A stretch of DNA of 64,000 bases from Octopus vulgaris (GCA_951406725.2 OX597829.1:49538001-49602000), one strand, 5' to 3'; counted from the stretch's first letter, positions 26,576-40,034 are shown. Program-made: numbers and translations. The notes: generated by a model not told the origin, from the sequence alone.

Positions 26576-26631
26576 TGCCGTCGAGAGGTAGGCCCCGAAA
26601 CGGCACGCATTCTCTCCTGATGACCCCATAC
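26576..26631 (+). ncRNA. Non-circularly permuted hammerhead-like motif in the HERO-like 3' UTR
   Basis: TGCCGT-C-GAGAG-GTAGGCCCC-GAA-ACGGCA-CGCATT-CTCTC-CTGATGA-CCCCATAC; perfect 6-bp stem III and 5-bp stem I; stem II poor. Confidence 0.68.
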
Positions 26632-26720
26632 ATTTGCTGGTTTCCGGTATGCGAAGCTTTCGACTGGTAACTTTCGACTCGCATATGCAAGTTGTTTGCA
26701 AAACGTCACTTTTACACAGT

Positions 26721-26751
<31 letters not shown>

Positions 26752-26971
26752 ACACACACAGACACACACACACAGATATATATATGAGAAAGGTTGAGTT
26801 CAATTTTCATCCTTTTACTTTGGTGGGTGTCCAAAGTTAGATTTCTAATAAAGATACTTCATATTAAATTGCTAGCTCATGGAACAGCCATGTTTAAGTG
26901 GGGATAAACATTATTTCTCAGTATAATTGCTGCTCTCATCTCTTACGAAGATTGTCTAACGAGCTAATTTG

Positions 26972-27010
<39 letters not shown>

Positions 27011-27012
<2 letters not shown>

Positions 27013-27159
27013 CGGGAAGCTTTATGAAAATAAACAAAAGACGAAGGCAGGTGGAATACAAACAAACAATTGTATTAGTATGGCGCTCAGGAATATAAAT
27101 AAAACAAGTCTTTTACGTTTCGAGCCTACGCTCTTCGACAGAAAGATACACAGAAAAGA

Positions 27160-27162
<3 letters not shown>
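27011..27162 (-). mobile_element. (TA)n-embedded PLE-type 3' remnant with hammerhead motif (27110-27145)
   Basis: Same motif as 3901-3936, on the minus strand. Confidence 0.7.
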
Positions 27163-27208
<46 letters not shown>

Positions 27209-27217
<9 letters not shown>

Positions 27218-27567
27218 GGATATTAGCCAACCGAATATGGCTAGGGACAGGGCAGGGTGGTGGGGGTGTCACTGTTGCATTTAGCCCCAGGCGATCATCA
27301 ACGTCACCAGATAGGCCTGACGCCATAACGGCGTCCTCTATCTTGCAAAGGGAGATCATTCACCAAGAAGCGGATACCACACACGATCTCCCTTTGCAAG
27401 ATAGAGGACGCCGTGATGGCGTCAGGCCTATCTGGTGACGTTGATGTTCGCCTGGGGCTAAATGCAACAGTGACACCCCCACCACCCTGCCCTGTCCCTA
27501 GCCATATTCGGTTGGCTAATATCCCTTATATTATGGAGCAGTCACTGTCTATATCTCATTTAGAGAA

Positions 27568-27570
<3 letters not shown>
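27209..27570 (+). mobile_element. Fold-back element in (TA)n: ~149-bp arms plus one-sided tail
   Basis: Arms 27209-27357 / 27385-27534; tail 27535-27570. Confidence 0.88.
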
Positions 27571-27619
<49 letters not shown>

Positions 27620-27621
<2 letters not shown>

Positions 27622-28009
27622 TGCAGGAGTGGCTATATGGTAAGTAGCTTGCTTACCAGCCACATGGTTCCGGGTTCAGTTCCACTGCGTGACACCTTCG
27701 GCAAATGTCTTCTTCTATAGCCTCGGGCCGATCGAAGCCTTCTGAGTGGATTTGGTAGGCGGGAACTGAAAGAAGCCCGTCGTATATATGTATGCGTGTT
27801 TATATGTTTTGTTTGTCTGTGTTTTTCATCCCAACATCGCTTGACAACCGATGCTGGTGTGTTTACGACCCATTACCTCGTGGTTCGGCAAAAGAGACCG
27901 ACGGAATACGTATGTGGCTTACAAAGAATAAGTCCTGGAATCGATATGCTCGGCTAAAGGCGTTGCTCCAGCATGGCCACAGTCAAATCACTGAAACAAA
28001 TAAAAGAAT

Positions 28010-28010
<1 letters not shown>
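27620..28010 (+). mobile_element. SINE family A
   Basis: Similar to 860-1276. Confidence 0.88.
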
Positions 28011-28046
<36 letters not shown>

Positions 28047-28152
28047 TACATATATACCCCCTCTCTCGCTCTCTTTCTCTCTCTCTCTCTTTCTCGCCCT
28101 CACTCTGATTATCTACTCCAAACGATGGTGATACACGATAGTGTATTATATA

Positions 28153-28404
28153 TTTCTTTACTACCCACAAGGGGCTAAACACAGAGGGGACAAACAAGGA
28201 CAGACAAAGGGATTAAGTCGATTATATCGACCCCAGTGCGTAACTGGTACTAAATTTATTGACCCCGAAAGGATGAAAGGCAAAGTCGACCTCGGCGGAA
28301 TTTGAACCCAGAACGTAACGGCAGACGAAATACGGCTACGCATTTCGCCCGGCGTGCTAACGTTTCTGCCAGCTCGCCGCTTTTACGGCGAGCTGGCAGA
28401 ATAT
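28153..28404 (-). mobile_element. SINE family B with 16-bp TSD and an inverted duplicate of its 5' end
   Basis: TSD GATAGTGTATTATATA 28137-28152 / 28405-28420; hairpin 28364-28401. Confidence 0.9.
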
Positions 28405-28834
28405 GATAGTGTATTATATATAGCCCAAGGAAGGAAACCTCTCTTGCCAACTACTGACCTCTCTCTATTGCTTCCAGTATCTCAAAATTGATGCAGACAT
28501 TCATACAGTTATAATATCCTGTATTGGTTTCACTCGTCTACTCTTCAAATATAAAGTTTACGGTGTCAATAGAACTAGATTTACTACTTCACACACCGAT
28601 GGTTTCATGCTCTTAAAAATGGTATTGCCAATAACGCGATTAATACCCTCGGCATAAATCACAAGCATAAACTCATTTTATCATTTGAATTTCAAGATTC
28701 ATATTATTCTCCAAACCATATTCCATTATTATTTATATGAGTGTGTTTGAGTAATATGCAAACATGCGCAACATGCATACAAACACGCTCATTTTTTTTT
28801 TAAATTTACAATAACGACTTCGTTCCTATTTTAC

Positions 28835-29411
28835 TTTCTACTTTAGGCACACGGCCTCAAATTTGTGGGGAGGGGACTAGTCGATCACATCGACCCCAAT
28901 GTTTAACTGGTACTTATTTTATCGACCCCGAAAGAATGAAAGGCAAAGTTGACCTCGGCAGAATTTGAATTCAGAACGTAATGACAGACGAAATACCTAT
29001 TTCTTTATTGCCCACAAGGGGCCTAAACACAAAGGGGGCTAACAAGGACAGAGAAAGGGATTAAGTCGATTATATCGACCCTAGTGCGTAACTGGTACTT
29101 ATTTAATCGACCCTGAAAGGATGAAAGGCAAAGTCGACCTCGGTAGAATTTGAATTCAGAACGTAGCGGCAGACGAAATACCTATTTCTTTACTACCCAC
29201 AATGGGCTAAACACAGAAAGGACAAACAAGGACAGACAGACGGATTAAGTAGATTATATGGAACCCAGTACGTAACTGGTACTTATTTAATCGACCCCGA
29301 AAGCATGCAAGGCAAAGTCGACCTCGGCGGAATTTGAACTCAGAACGTAACGGCAGACGAAATACCTCTATGCATTTCGCCCGGCGTGCTAACGTTTCTG
29401 CCAGCTCGCCG
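28835..29411 (-). mobile_element. Tandem SINE family B units (x3)
   Basis: Reverse complement of the 5920-6752 units. Confidence 0.88.
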
Positions 29412-29863
29412 TCTTTGTTGCTATTTTGGCCACACGCTTTATCTAAGAATCTCTCCAACTTAAACTTTCGTATATAGTCACATCACTTCACGATACCTAT
29501 CTGTTATTTAAATTAACAAAAGCGATGAAAACAATAGAGATATAAGGAACAAATTTCGTTTAATAGAACAACACAGTTTTTTTTATTTTTACACTAATGA
29601 AGAAACAGTTTTGCACTAAATCTTCTCTATACATAAATAAAACGTAAATACTTGGCTGATGGCTAAAACGGTTGCGCCTCATTGGTTTAAACCATCTTAT
29701 TTTTTTGTGTGTTTATTTTTTTTTTCCACATTTTTCATATAAATGTTACGACTGTAAATACTCGAAGTGGTTTACTTTCAACTAATCCTGGGTCATATAT
29801 AAACAGGAACTCGCTTACAACACCATATTCGTAAGCAATTTACGATTGAAACTTTCACACATA

Positions 29864-30258
29864 GGCGCAGGAGTGGCTGTGTGGTAAGTAGCTTGCTAAC
29901 CAACCACATGGTTCCGGGTTCAGTCCCACTGCATGGCATCTTGGGCAAGTGTCTTCTGCTATAGCCCCGGGCCGACCAATGCCTTGTGAGTGGATTTGGT
30001 AGACGGAAACTGAAAGAAGCCCGTCGTATATATGTATATATATGTGTGTGTGTTTGTGTGTGTGTGTTTGTCCCCCTAGCATTGCTTGACAACTGATGCT
30101 GGTGTGTTTATGTCCCCGTTACTTAGCGGTTCGGCAAAAGAGACCGATAGAATAAGTACTGGGCTTACAAAGAATAAATTCCGGGGTCGATTTGCTCGAT
30201 TAAAGGCGGTGGTCCAGCATGGCCGCAGTCAAATGACTGAAACAAGTAAAAGAGTAAA
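29864..30258 (+). mobile_element. SINE family A
   Basis: Near-identical to 860-1276. Confidence 0.9.
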
Positions 30259-30769
30259 ATACACATTTCAGATTATGCTCAGTAATGGCAACTGTATGGC
30301 TGGTTTTATTTTTAAATAGTAATCCGGATCACGTCGTATTGATAACAAAATGATTTCGTGATGAAAATGGAAGCATTAGTTAATGTCAGTGGGAAAGCAA
30401 CGGGACTCATTTCTGTATAAAGAATTATGAAACAAAGGTGACAGAACAGACTACAGCTTTGCTTGTTACTATGGAAACAGACACCAATATGAAATATACA
30501 GTCATGTAGCATAATGGTGGCTTTCGATTGGCTAAAATTACCCAAAATATGCAAACTTTAAAAGCTATTAACTTTTTTATGAGTTAACTTACGGCAAAAT
30601 TTAATTTCATTTTCACATTTGGTAACTAAAACGTAATTGGTGTAATTAAATTCGAAAGCAATAGAAACAAAATTGGAGAGAAAATGAAGACGGTGACAGT
30701 AACCGGAACTTGTGTCCGAGAACCAAGTCGAAGCGGTGCGAAGAAAATTTTGAAAATTTTGACAGCTTA

Positions 30770-31286
30770 TCTATATATATAAAACTGTAGTTGTGTGAGT
30801 GTCTGTCTCCTACGATTTAGATTCCTAACTACTCCCACATTTTGCGGTGCAGTTTAACCAAAACCGGGTATCTTATAGTCGTGATTCATATCGAGCCCGT
30901 CTGGCTATTAGCGCGCGTCTACGATGAGTCTACGATTTTAAAAATAATTTAACATCATTTTTTATTCCATTTTAATGCATAATTTTTCGTGTGTCGATGG
31001 CGGCGGAGTTGGCGTCCACGCTCAAACACCTGCACCTGTGTTTGCTTCTCCCCCTTCTTCCCTCCCTCGTGAAGCTGTGGGGAAGGGAGTTTAAGGAAAT
31101 CAACGTCGTAATGCGTTGTCAAGGAGACCAGCGTTCTTTTAGAACAACGACTTCATGGCTTGAAGACACCAAAACAGAAATGGCTAAGAAAGCCCGAATT
31201 GGCATCTATAAGGGAAGTAACTCTCTAAAAATGCTTATATAGTTATTTCCCTTACAAACCCGACCAACGCCGGGCGATACTGCTAG
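30770..31286 (+). mobile_element. Non-autonomous Helitron
   Basis: A|TCTATATATATAAAA...CCCGACCAACGCCGGG hairpin..CTAG|T; no TSD; second copy at 62601-63503. Confidence 0.9.
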
Positions 31287-31466
31287 TAAAATATAAAATG
31301 TAAAGTGGATATAACGGGGGTTTGTGATTTTTAGGAAACTTATATTGGCTATTATACACGCATACACATATATACAAACACAAGCACACACATACACGCA
31401 CACATGTACACACATGCACACACATACACACATGCGCGCCGCGCAAATACATAACTTTTATCCTTT

Positions 31467-32643
31467 ACTTGTTTCAGTCATTGGACTGCAGCCGCGATGG
31501 AGAACCATCTTGGAGGTTTTTAGTTGAACAAATCAATCCCAGTATATCTTTTATCTTTTACTTGTTTCAGTCATTGGACTGCAGCCGCGATGGAGAACCA
31601 TCTTGGAGGTTTTTAGTTGAACAAATCAATCCCAGTATATCTTTTATCTTTTACTTGTTTCAGTCATTGGACTGCAGCCGCGATGGAGAACCATCTTGGA
31701 GGTTTTTAGTTGAACAAATCAATCCCAGTATATCTTTTATCTTTTACTTGTTTCAGTCATTGGACTGCAGCCGCGATGGAGAACCATCTTGGAGGTTTTT
31801 AGTTGAACAAATCAATCCCAGTATATCTTTTATCTTTTAGTTGTTTCAGTCATTGGACTGTGGCCATGCTGGGGCACCACCTTGAAGGGTTTTAGTTGAA
31901 CAAATCAATCCCAGTATATCTTTTATCTTTTACTTGTTTCAGTCATTGGACTGTGGCCATGCTGGGGCACCACCTTGAAGGGTTTGTTTTAGTTGAACAA
32001 ATCAATCCCAGTATATCTTTTATCTTTTACTTGTTTCAGCCATTGGACTGTGGCCATGCTGGGGCACCACCTTGAAGGGTTTTAGTTGAACAAATCGATC
32101 CCAGTATATCTTTTATCTTTTACTTGTTTCAGTCATTGGACTGTGGTCATGCTGGGGCACCACCTTGAAGGGTTTTAGTTGAACAAATCAATCCCAGTAT
32201 ATCTTTTATCTTTTACTTGTTTCAGTCATTCGACTGTGGCCATGCTGGGGCACCATCTTGAAGGGTTTTAGTTGAACAAATCAATCCCAGTATATCTTTT
32301 ATCTTTTACTTGTTTCAGTCATTGAACTGCAGCCGCGATGGAGAACCATCTTGGAGGTTTTTAGTTGAACAAATCAATCCCAGTATATCTTTTATCTTTT
32401 ACTTGTTTCAGTCATTGGACTGCAGCCGCGATGGAGAACCATCTTGGAGGTTTTTAGTTGAACAAATCAATCCCAGTATATCTATTATCTTTTACTTGTT
32501 TCAGTCATTGGACTGTGGCCATGCTGGGGCACCACCTTGAAGGGTTTTGGTTGAACAAATCAATCCCAGTATATCTTTTATCTTTTACTTATTTCAGTCA
32601 TTGGACTGCGGCCATGCTGGGGCACCACCTTGAAGGGTTTAGT
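31467..32643. repeat. SINE-tail-derived minisatellite, ~13 x 93 bp, two variants (AAAABBBBBAABB)
   Basis: ACTTGTTTCAGTCATTGGACTG... at 31467, 31560, 31653, 31746, 31839, 31932, 32029, 32122, 32215, 32308, 32401, 32494, 32587; rest of a minus-strand SINE follows to ~32940. Confidence 0.93.
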
Positions 32644-33465
32644 CGATCTTTCAAAGCTGGGCTCTTTTTACCGAACTTTTACTGGGCTCGTTTTACCGAA
32701 CCATTAGGTTACACGAGCAAACGTATAGAAACCAACATTGGTCGTCAAGCGGCATTGGGACACACACACACACACACACACACAAATATAAGATGGATTA
32801 CAGTTTCCGTCTACCAAATCGCCTCACAAGACTTTTGGACGGCCCGGAGCTATAATAGAAAGCGCTTGTCCAAGGTGCCACCCAGTAGGACTGAAGCCGA
32901 TACCGTATGGTTGGGAAGTAAGCGTGTTAACACACATCCAGGTATATTTATTTACTTTCGTATTTATATATTTACCTGAATGTCACCTGCAATATACTGG
33001 TACTGACGTCATGTATTCCATATTGTCAAAATAATTATCTGTAGAATATTTGAAAGATAGGAACCAATCTTAGGTTTTGATTTGGCTTTCGTGACGAAGA
33101 AAATTTGAGTTTCAATTGAGTATAACTGAATTATAATATAATACTGTGGAAAAGAAATACGGCGAATTTTTTTTTCTTTTTTGTCGTTTTATTATATGAT
33201 ATTATCGGAGATTTTTGTTCCTTTTCTTTTTGGCATTAAAATGATTTGGGAACAAAATTTTAAGTTAATCTAATTGCTAATCTCATTGCCAAGCGCTATG
33301 GTTATTATAGTGTCATATAAATCAAGGCATATTAGGAAATCAAGTATCGATTTTAAGAATTGACATGAAAACCAAATATTGATTTTCTTGAAAACTGGTA
33401 TATTATTCGTTAAGTTCCGTAAATTCATACATTTTGTTGGTATAGTGACGCAGTAAATACACACA

Positions 33466-33526
<61 letters not shown>

Positions 33527-34114
33527 ATCCTCTTGAGTTATGAATGACTTGTAAAAAGTGTGTTTCTATAGATTAATCGGTGGATAATGTTTGCCTAATC
33601 TGTTTAGCAATAATCTCGTTTCACTTGAGAAATGGTGTTATATTTCTACAGACAACAACAACAACAAAAAAACAACTCAAAAGAATAAAAAATTAAAAAG
33701 ATGGTAATTGGAAGGATCTGTTGAGTGACTGAAAAAGTAATTTACGTCGTTCAATTCCGTGTGCCGGTTATTTGAATTCAAATCCAACCGGTTTCTACTT
33801 TGTTTTATTCTACTCAATGCAGTTTCTTTGCGGTTACTCAGTTTACTGAGAAATTGCTGCCAAGTCTCATTCAAACAAATAAAGTAAGAATACGATACGT
33901 TTGATAATGTACTTCTTCTATATATTCTATTATTTACTTGATCCATCATTGTACTGAGGCCATGCTTGGGTACCGCGTTGAAGAGTTTTATTTTAACAAG
34001 TCAATCCCGGTATTTATTTTATTTTAAGATTGGTACTTGTTTTATTGGTCCTTTTTGCTGAACTGCTAGTTGACGCCGATGTAAACAAACCAAAACCGGT
34101 TGGTAAGAATTGGT

Positions 34115-34344
34115 GGGGAGCTGGCAGAAACGTTAGCACGCCGGGCGAAATGCTTAGCGGTATTTTGTCTGCCGTTACTTTCTGAATTCAAATTCCGCCG
34201 AGGTCGACTTTGCCTTTCATTCTTTCGGGGTCAATAAATAAAGTACCAGTTACGCACTGGGGTCGATATAATCGACTTAATCCCTTTGTCTGTCCTTGTT
34301 TGTCCCCTCTAAATTTAGCCCCTTGTGGGCAATAAAGAAATAAG
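34115..34344 (+). mobile_element. SINE family B nested in an older minus-strand family A-like SINE (~33955-34520)
   Basis: GAGCTGGCAGAAACGTTAGCAC...AATAAAGAAATAAG; flanking AAG.ATTGGTGGGGA duplicated. Confidence 0.85.
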
Positions 34345-35133
34345 TATTGGTGGGGACAAGCACAAACACAGAAGCACATGCACACACACATTTATACGCA
34401 GACATGTACAGAACGGGCTTCTTTCAGTTTCCATCTACCAAGACAGCAGCATTAGATGTCACGCAATGGGACTGAACCTGGAACTATGTGGATGTGAATC
34501 AAGCATCTTACCACACAAACAAGTCTGTATGAATAATAGGTAGGATGCTCACGGTTGGGCAGTCTTTGATCTTATATCTGCTCGATTATGATTGTCCTAT
34601 GGCTAAAAACAGCAACAACAAAGGTAACATAAACAAATGAATTTGATGACATGGGAAATTTTCCAGAGATATCTTCGGCAAAAATGTGCATGTGGTTAAT
34701 TGCAGGTTATCATCCTTAAAGTTGTAATCGGAAAATAATTTTTAATCAATTGAAAATAAAAACACACAGAGAACGGCCGAAGACTTCAGTGAAAATTCAT
34801 TTTTAAAAATGTTTCAGACCATGCTAGAGTACTGCTTTGATAGGTGAGTCGAACAAATTGATCCTGTTTACTTTTCATAGTATTTTTACCTTTTTTTTTT
34901 AAAATTTTGTTTGTTAGAAAATGTCTGGTGCTTATACAATCGTCTTGTTTTTGCGGAACTAATAATTTACAAACCAAACAGTGAGAAACGAACAGCGAAA
35001 GACAAATACACATACACATACACGCACGCACACCCATGCATACATACATACATACATACACACATGCATGCATACATACATACATACATACATACATACA
35101 TACATACATACATACATACATACATGCATACAT

Positions 35134-35559
35134 ACTCTTTACTCTTTTACTTGTTTCAGTCATTTGACTGCGGCCATGCTGGAGCACCGCCTTTAGTCGA
35201 GCAAATCGATCCCAGGATTTATTCTTTGTAAGCCTAGTACTTATTCTATCGGTCTCTTTTGCCGAACCGCTAAGTGACGGAGACGTAAACACACCAGCAT
35301 CGGTTGTCAAGTGATGTTGGGGGGACAAACACAGACACACAAACACACACACATACATAAATACATACACATATATACGACGGGCTTCTTTCAGTTTCCG
35401 TCTACCAAATCCACTCACAAGGCTTTGGTCGGCCCGAGGCTATAGTAGAAGACACCTGCCCAAGGTGCCACGCAGTGGGACTGAACCCAAAATTGTGTGG
35501 TTGGTAAACAGGCTACTTACCACACAGCCACTCCTGCGCCTATAACCACTCCTGCGCCT
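35134..35559 (-). mobile_element. SINE family A within (CATA)n, first ~15 nt tandemly duplicated
   Basis: Reverse complement of 860-1276; CCACTCCTGCGCCTA occurs twice at 35528-35560. Confidence 0.9.
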
Positions 35560-35923
35560 ACATACATACATACATACATACATACATACATACATACATA
35601 CATACATACATACATACATACATACATACATACATACATACATACATACATACATACATACATACATACATACATACATACATACATACTTACATTTATA
35701 TATATGTACACTCATAATCGACAGGCTTTTACAGAATTTCCATCCCCTAAATTTACGTACAAGGATTTGATCGGCCCAGTGCTTGTCCAAGGTAATACAT
35801 AACGGGATTGAACCTGAAGGTGTTTGGCTGGGAAGCAATTTTCCTATCTCACTGCCATGCTTCTGTCTTTAATCTATACCGAGTAATATGTAAGACAACT
35901 GTCAGAATTCCAATATATATATA

Positions 35924-36000
<77 letters not shown>

Positions 36001-36510
36001 TTTATGATTCCACAATTCAAATAATCAAATACGGAAATTAGCCCAAAACGCTTTTTTTTTCTCCCCAGTTACAATTCCATTGTTACATTGTTTCTGAAAG
36101 GAAGGAATAGATATAATAAATTCCATTGAATTCAAGAGAATTCTGTCACGTTTTGGGTTGTAATGCTTTAAGATGTCTTACATAGGCGCAGTTATGGCTG
36201 ATAACATGCTTAGATGCATCCATATATCAGACTTACATATAATTGCACACACACACACATGCATATATACTTATATATATATATTTGCATATATACTTAC
36301 ACATGTACAAATACACATATATATTCGTGCATATAAGTATATAAATGTATGTACATGCTTTTTTACTTTCACTTTAACTTTATATATACGCATATGTATA
36401 CATGCATAAATGTATATACATATATTACATAGTATTATATTACGTGTTACATGTGCAGTTTGTGTGTGCATATTTGTAGATGTACATCTATATGTATGTA
36501 TGTATGTATG

Positions 36511-36576
<66 letters not shown>

Positions 36577-36694
36577 CATATATATATACATATGTATATA
36601 TGTATGTATGTATATGGGGAGAGAGAGATAATTATATGTTATATATATAATGCGTGTGGATATAGATATAGATACATAGATATACAACTATATG

Positions 36695-36734
<40 letters not shown>

Positions 36735-36749
36735 GATATGTGTGTGTGT

Positions 36750-36788
<39 letters not shown>

Positions 36789-37054
36789 GACGTGTGTATG
36801 TATATACTTATGTATTCATGTATGTATATATTTATACATGTCTGTATATAAGCATATAAATCTGTATCTTTTCTATTTGATTATTTGATTACTCCCTCTA
36901 AGGAATAAACTGGTTTCCAGAAAAGATACAAAGCTACACAGTTGAAAAGTAGATAACGAAAGTAATGTCACACGTTGAATTTTAGAAAAGTTTTCTATGT
37001 TTTACTGTGCCACTTATCAGAGTGTATTTACCATGTTCGGTTTAGCTTTTTTTG

Positions 37055-37303
37055 TTCTTTATTTGTTTCAGTCATTTGACTGCGGCCATGCTGGACTACC
37101 GCCTTTAGTCGAAGAACTCTAGCCCAGGATTTATTCTTTGTAAGCCTAGAACTTATTCTATCATTATCTTTTTGCCGAACCACTAATGTCCGAGGCGTAA
37201 ACACACCAACATGGCAGGGGACAAACACCGACACAAACACACACACACACTCACGCATACCTACACACGTACATACACACATACATAGACACATGAACAC
37301 ACA

Positions 37304-37385
<82 letters not shown>

Positions 37386-37665
37386 ATAAGGCGGCGAGCT
37401 GGCAGAAACGTTAGCACGCCGGGCGAAATGCGTAGCCGTATTTCGTCCGCCGCTACGTTCTGAGTTCAAACTCCGCCGAGGTCGACTTTGCCTTTCATCC
37501 TTTCGGGGTCGATAAATAAAGTACCAGTTACGCACTGGGGTCAATGTAATCGACTTAATCCGTTTGTCTGTCCTTGTTTGTTCCCTCTGTGTTTAGCCCC
37601 TTGTGGGTAGTAAAGAAATATATCTATATATATATACATATACGACAGGCTTCTTTCAGTTTCCG
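37055..37665. mobile_element. Minus-strand SINE A remnant with plus-strand SINE B (37390-37620) inserted in its internal microsatellite
   Basis: Similarity to the other copies in the window. Confidence 0.85.
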
Positions 37666-38086
37666 AAAAATGGAGTTGATAGATGACTTCTCTACTCCGT
37701 CAGCTATCAGCATCTTTTTCCTGTTGATTTTCTGGCGAAGGGCTCCTAAACCGGGAATTATTGAAAGACCAGCCATCAATGAGTATCTTTATTGTTTTAT
37801 AGCGTGCATTGTTTTTGCTTTTAAAAGATTATCTAAAACATTTTTACCAAATATATACGTTTTATTTATTATTTTGCACATTACTTAATCATTGTTATAT
37901 GTTTTATTTTATATTTAATCTTTCTGTATGTAATTTTTCTAAATGGTATAATTTAATTTTTCATTATTGAATTGATAAAAGGTGGGGTTTTTTTTCTAAT
38001 TTATATATATATATTATATTTTGTGAAATTTGATTTAGTATTTCTAAACTGAATTTTCCCCTGTAAGTTTGGAATAATATTCCCTC

Positions 38087-38152
<66 letters not shown>

Positions 38153-38440
38153 GTAATTGTAAGATCCAAGGATCCAGATGTAGGAAGCTCCGAATAGTTT
38201 ATAGAAGATATAAAGAACAACTTTCAAGAACAATAATAGTTTATTGGCTTATCAAAGTTCGATAAGCCGAGGAGGCTATTTCATTGTTCACGGTTAGCAT
38301 CTGGGGTTGCTGTGAATGCGAATAAAAATCTAAACTGAAGGAATGGAGCAGGTAAAATCCAGGCTACATATGTTTCCTAGCTAGCAGAACCTTTGAAGTA
38401 GTAATTACCCAAGCAAGGGGTACTCCACTTGCTACCCATC

Positions 38441-39645
38441 ATGTATGTGTGTATGTATGTATGTATGTATGTATGTATGTGTGTATGTATGTTTGTGTGT
38501 GTGAGCGTGTGTATGTATGTATGTGTGTATGTATGTATTTATGTATGTATGTATGTATGTATGTATGTACGTATGTATGTATGTATGTATGTATGTACGT
38601 ATGTATGTATGTATGTATGTATGTCTGTGTGTATGTATGTATGTATGTACGTATGTATGTATGTATGTATGTATGTATGTATGTATGTATGTATGTACGT
38701 ATGTATGTATGTATGTATGCATGTATGTATGTATGTATGTACGTATGTATGTATGTATGTACGTATTTATGTACGTATGTATGTACGTATGTATGTACGT
38801 ATGTATATATCTATGTATGTATGTACGTATGTATGTATGTATGTATGTATGTATGTACGTATGTATGTATCTATGTATGTACGTATGTATGTATGTATGT
38901 ATGTGTGTATGTATGTATGTATGTATGTATGTACGTATGTATGTATGTATGTATGTATGTATGTATGTATGTATGTATGTATGTATGTATGTATGTATGT
39001 ATGTATGTATGTATGTATGTATGTATGTATGTATGTATGTATGTATGTATGTATGTATGTATGTATGTACGTATGTATGTATCTATGTATGTACGTATGT
39101 ATGTATGTATGTATGTGTGTGTGTAGGTATGTATGTATGTATGTATGTACGTATGTATGTACGTATGTATGTATGTATGTATGTATGTATGTATGTATGT
39201 ATGTATGTATGTATGTATGTATGTAGGTATGTATGTATGTATGTATGTATGTATGTACGTACGTATGTATGTATGTATGTATGTATGTATGTATGTATGT
39301 ATGTATGTATGTATGTATGTATGTATGTAGGTATGTATGTATGTATGTATGTACGTATGTATGTATGTATGTACGTATGTATATATCTATGTATGTATGT
39401 ACGTATGTATGAATGTATGTATGTATGTATGTATGTATGTATATCTATATGTATGTATGTATGTATGTATGTAGGTATGTATGTATGTATGTATGTATGT
39501 ATGTATATATCTATGTATGTATGTATGTATGTATGTATGTATGTATGTATGTATGTATGTATGTATGTATGTATGTACGTATGTATATATCTATGTATGT
39601 ATGTACGTATGTATGAATGTATGTATGTATGTATGTATGTATATC

Positions 39646-39677
<32 letters not shown>

Positions 39678-39985
39678 TGTATGTAGGTATGTATGTATGT
39701 ATGTATGTATGCATGTGTGTATGTATGTACGTACGTACCTATGTATGTATGTTTGTATGTATGTATGTTTGTATGTATGTATGTATGTACGTGTGTATGT
39801 ATGTATGTATGTATGTATGTATGTATGTATGTACGTATGTATGAATGTATGTATGTATGTATGTATGTATGTATGTATGTATGTATGTATGTATGTATGT
39901 ATGTATGTATGTATGTATGTATGTATATATCTATGTATGTATGTACGTATGTATGAATGTATGTATGTATGTATGTATGTATATC

Positions 39986-40032
<47 letters not shown>
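38441..40032. repeat. 1.6-kb (TATG)n satellite with variant units
   Basis: Direct inspection. Confidence 0.97.

Positions 40033-40034
<2 letters not shown>

Larger units (their letters stand above)
23652..26640 (+). mobile_element. Decayed non-LTR retrotransposon with RT, CCHC and restriction-like endonuclease (HERO-like)
   Basis: Fragments GIPGILGCVE, DLVWLDLANAYASVP, HILSNC..ALNRYTWRHN, PDII, VELTVPHEDN..PIEVGCRGF; many stops; (GAAA)n expansion 26139-26200. Confidence 0.85.

Noticed and set aside
31467-32643. CRISPR-like periodic array (also 1442-1924, 7623-8184)
   Set aside because: Whole units repeat with no unique spacers; eukaryotic TE-derived; no cas genes.
38155-38430. Possible solo LTR (weakly similar to 12483-12600)
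   Set aside because: Only short similarity; no clear second terminus, TSD or PBS.
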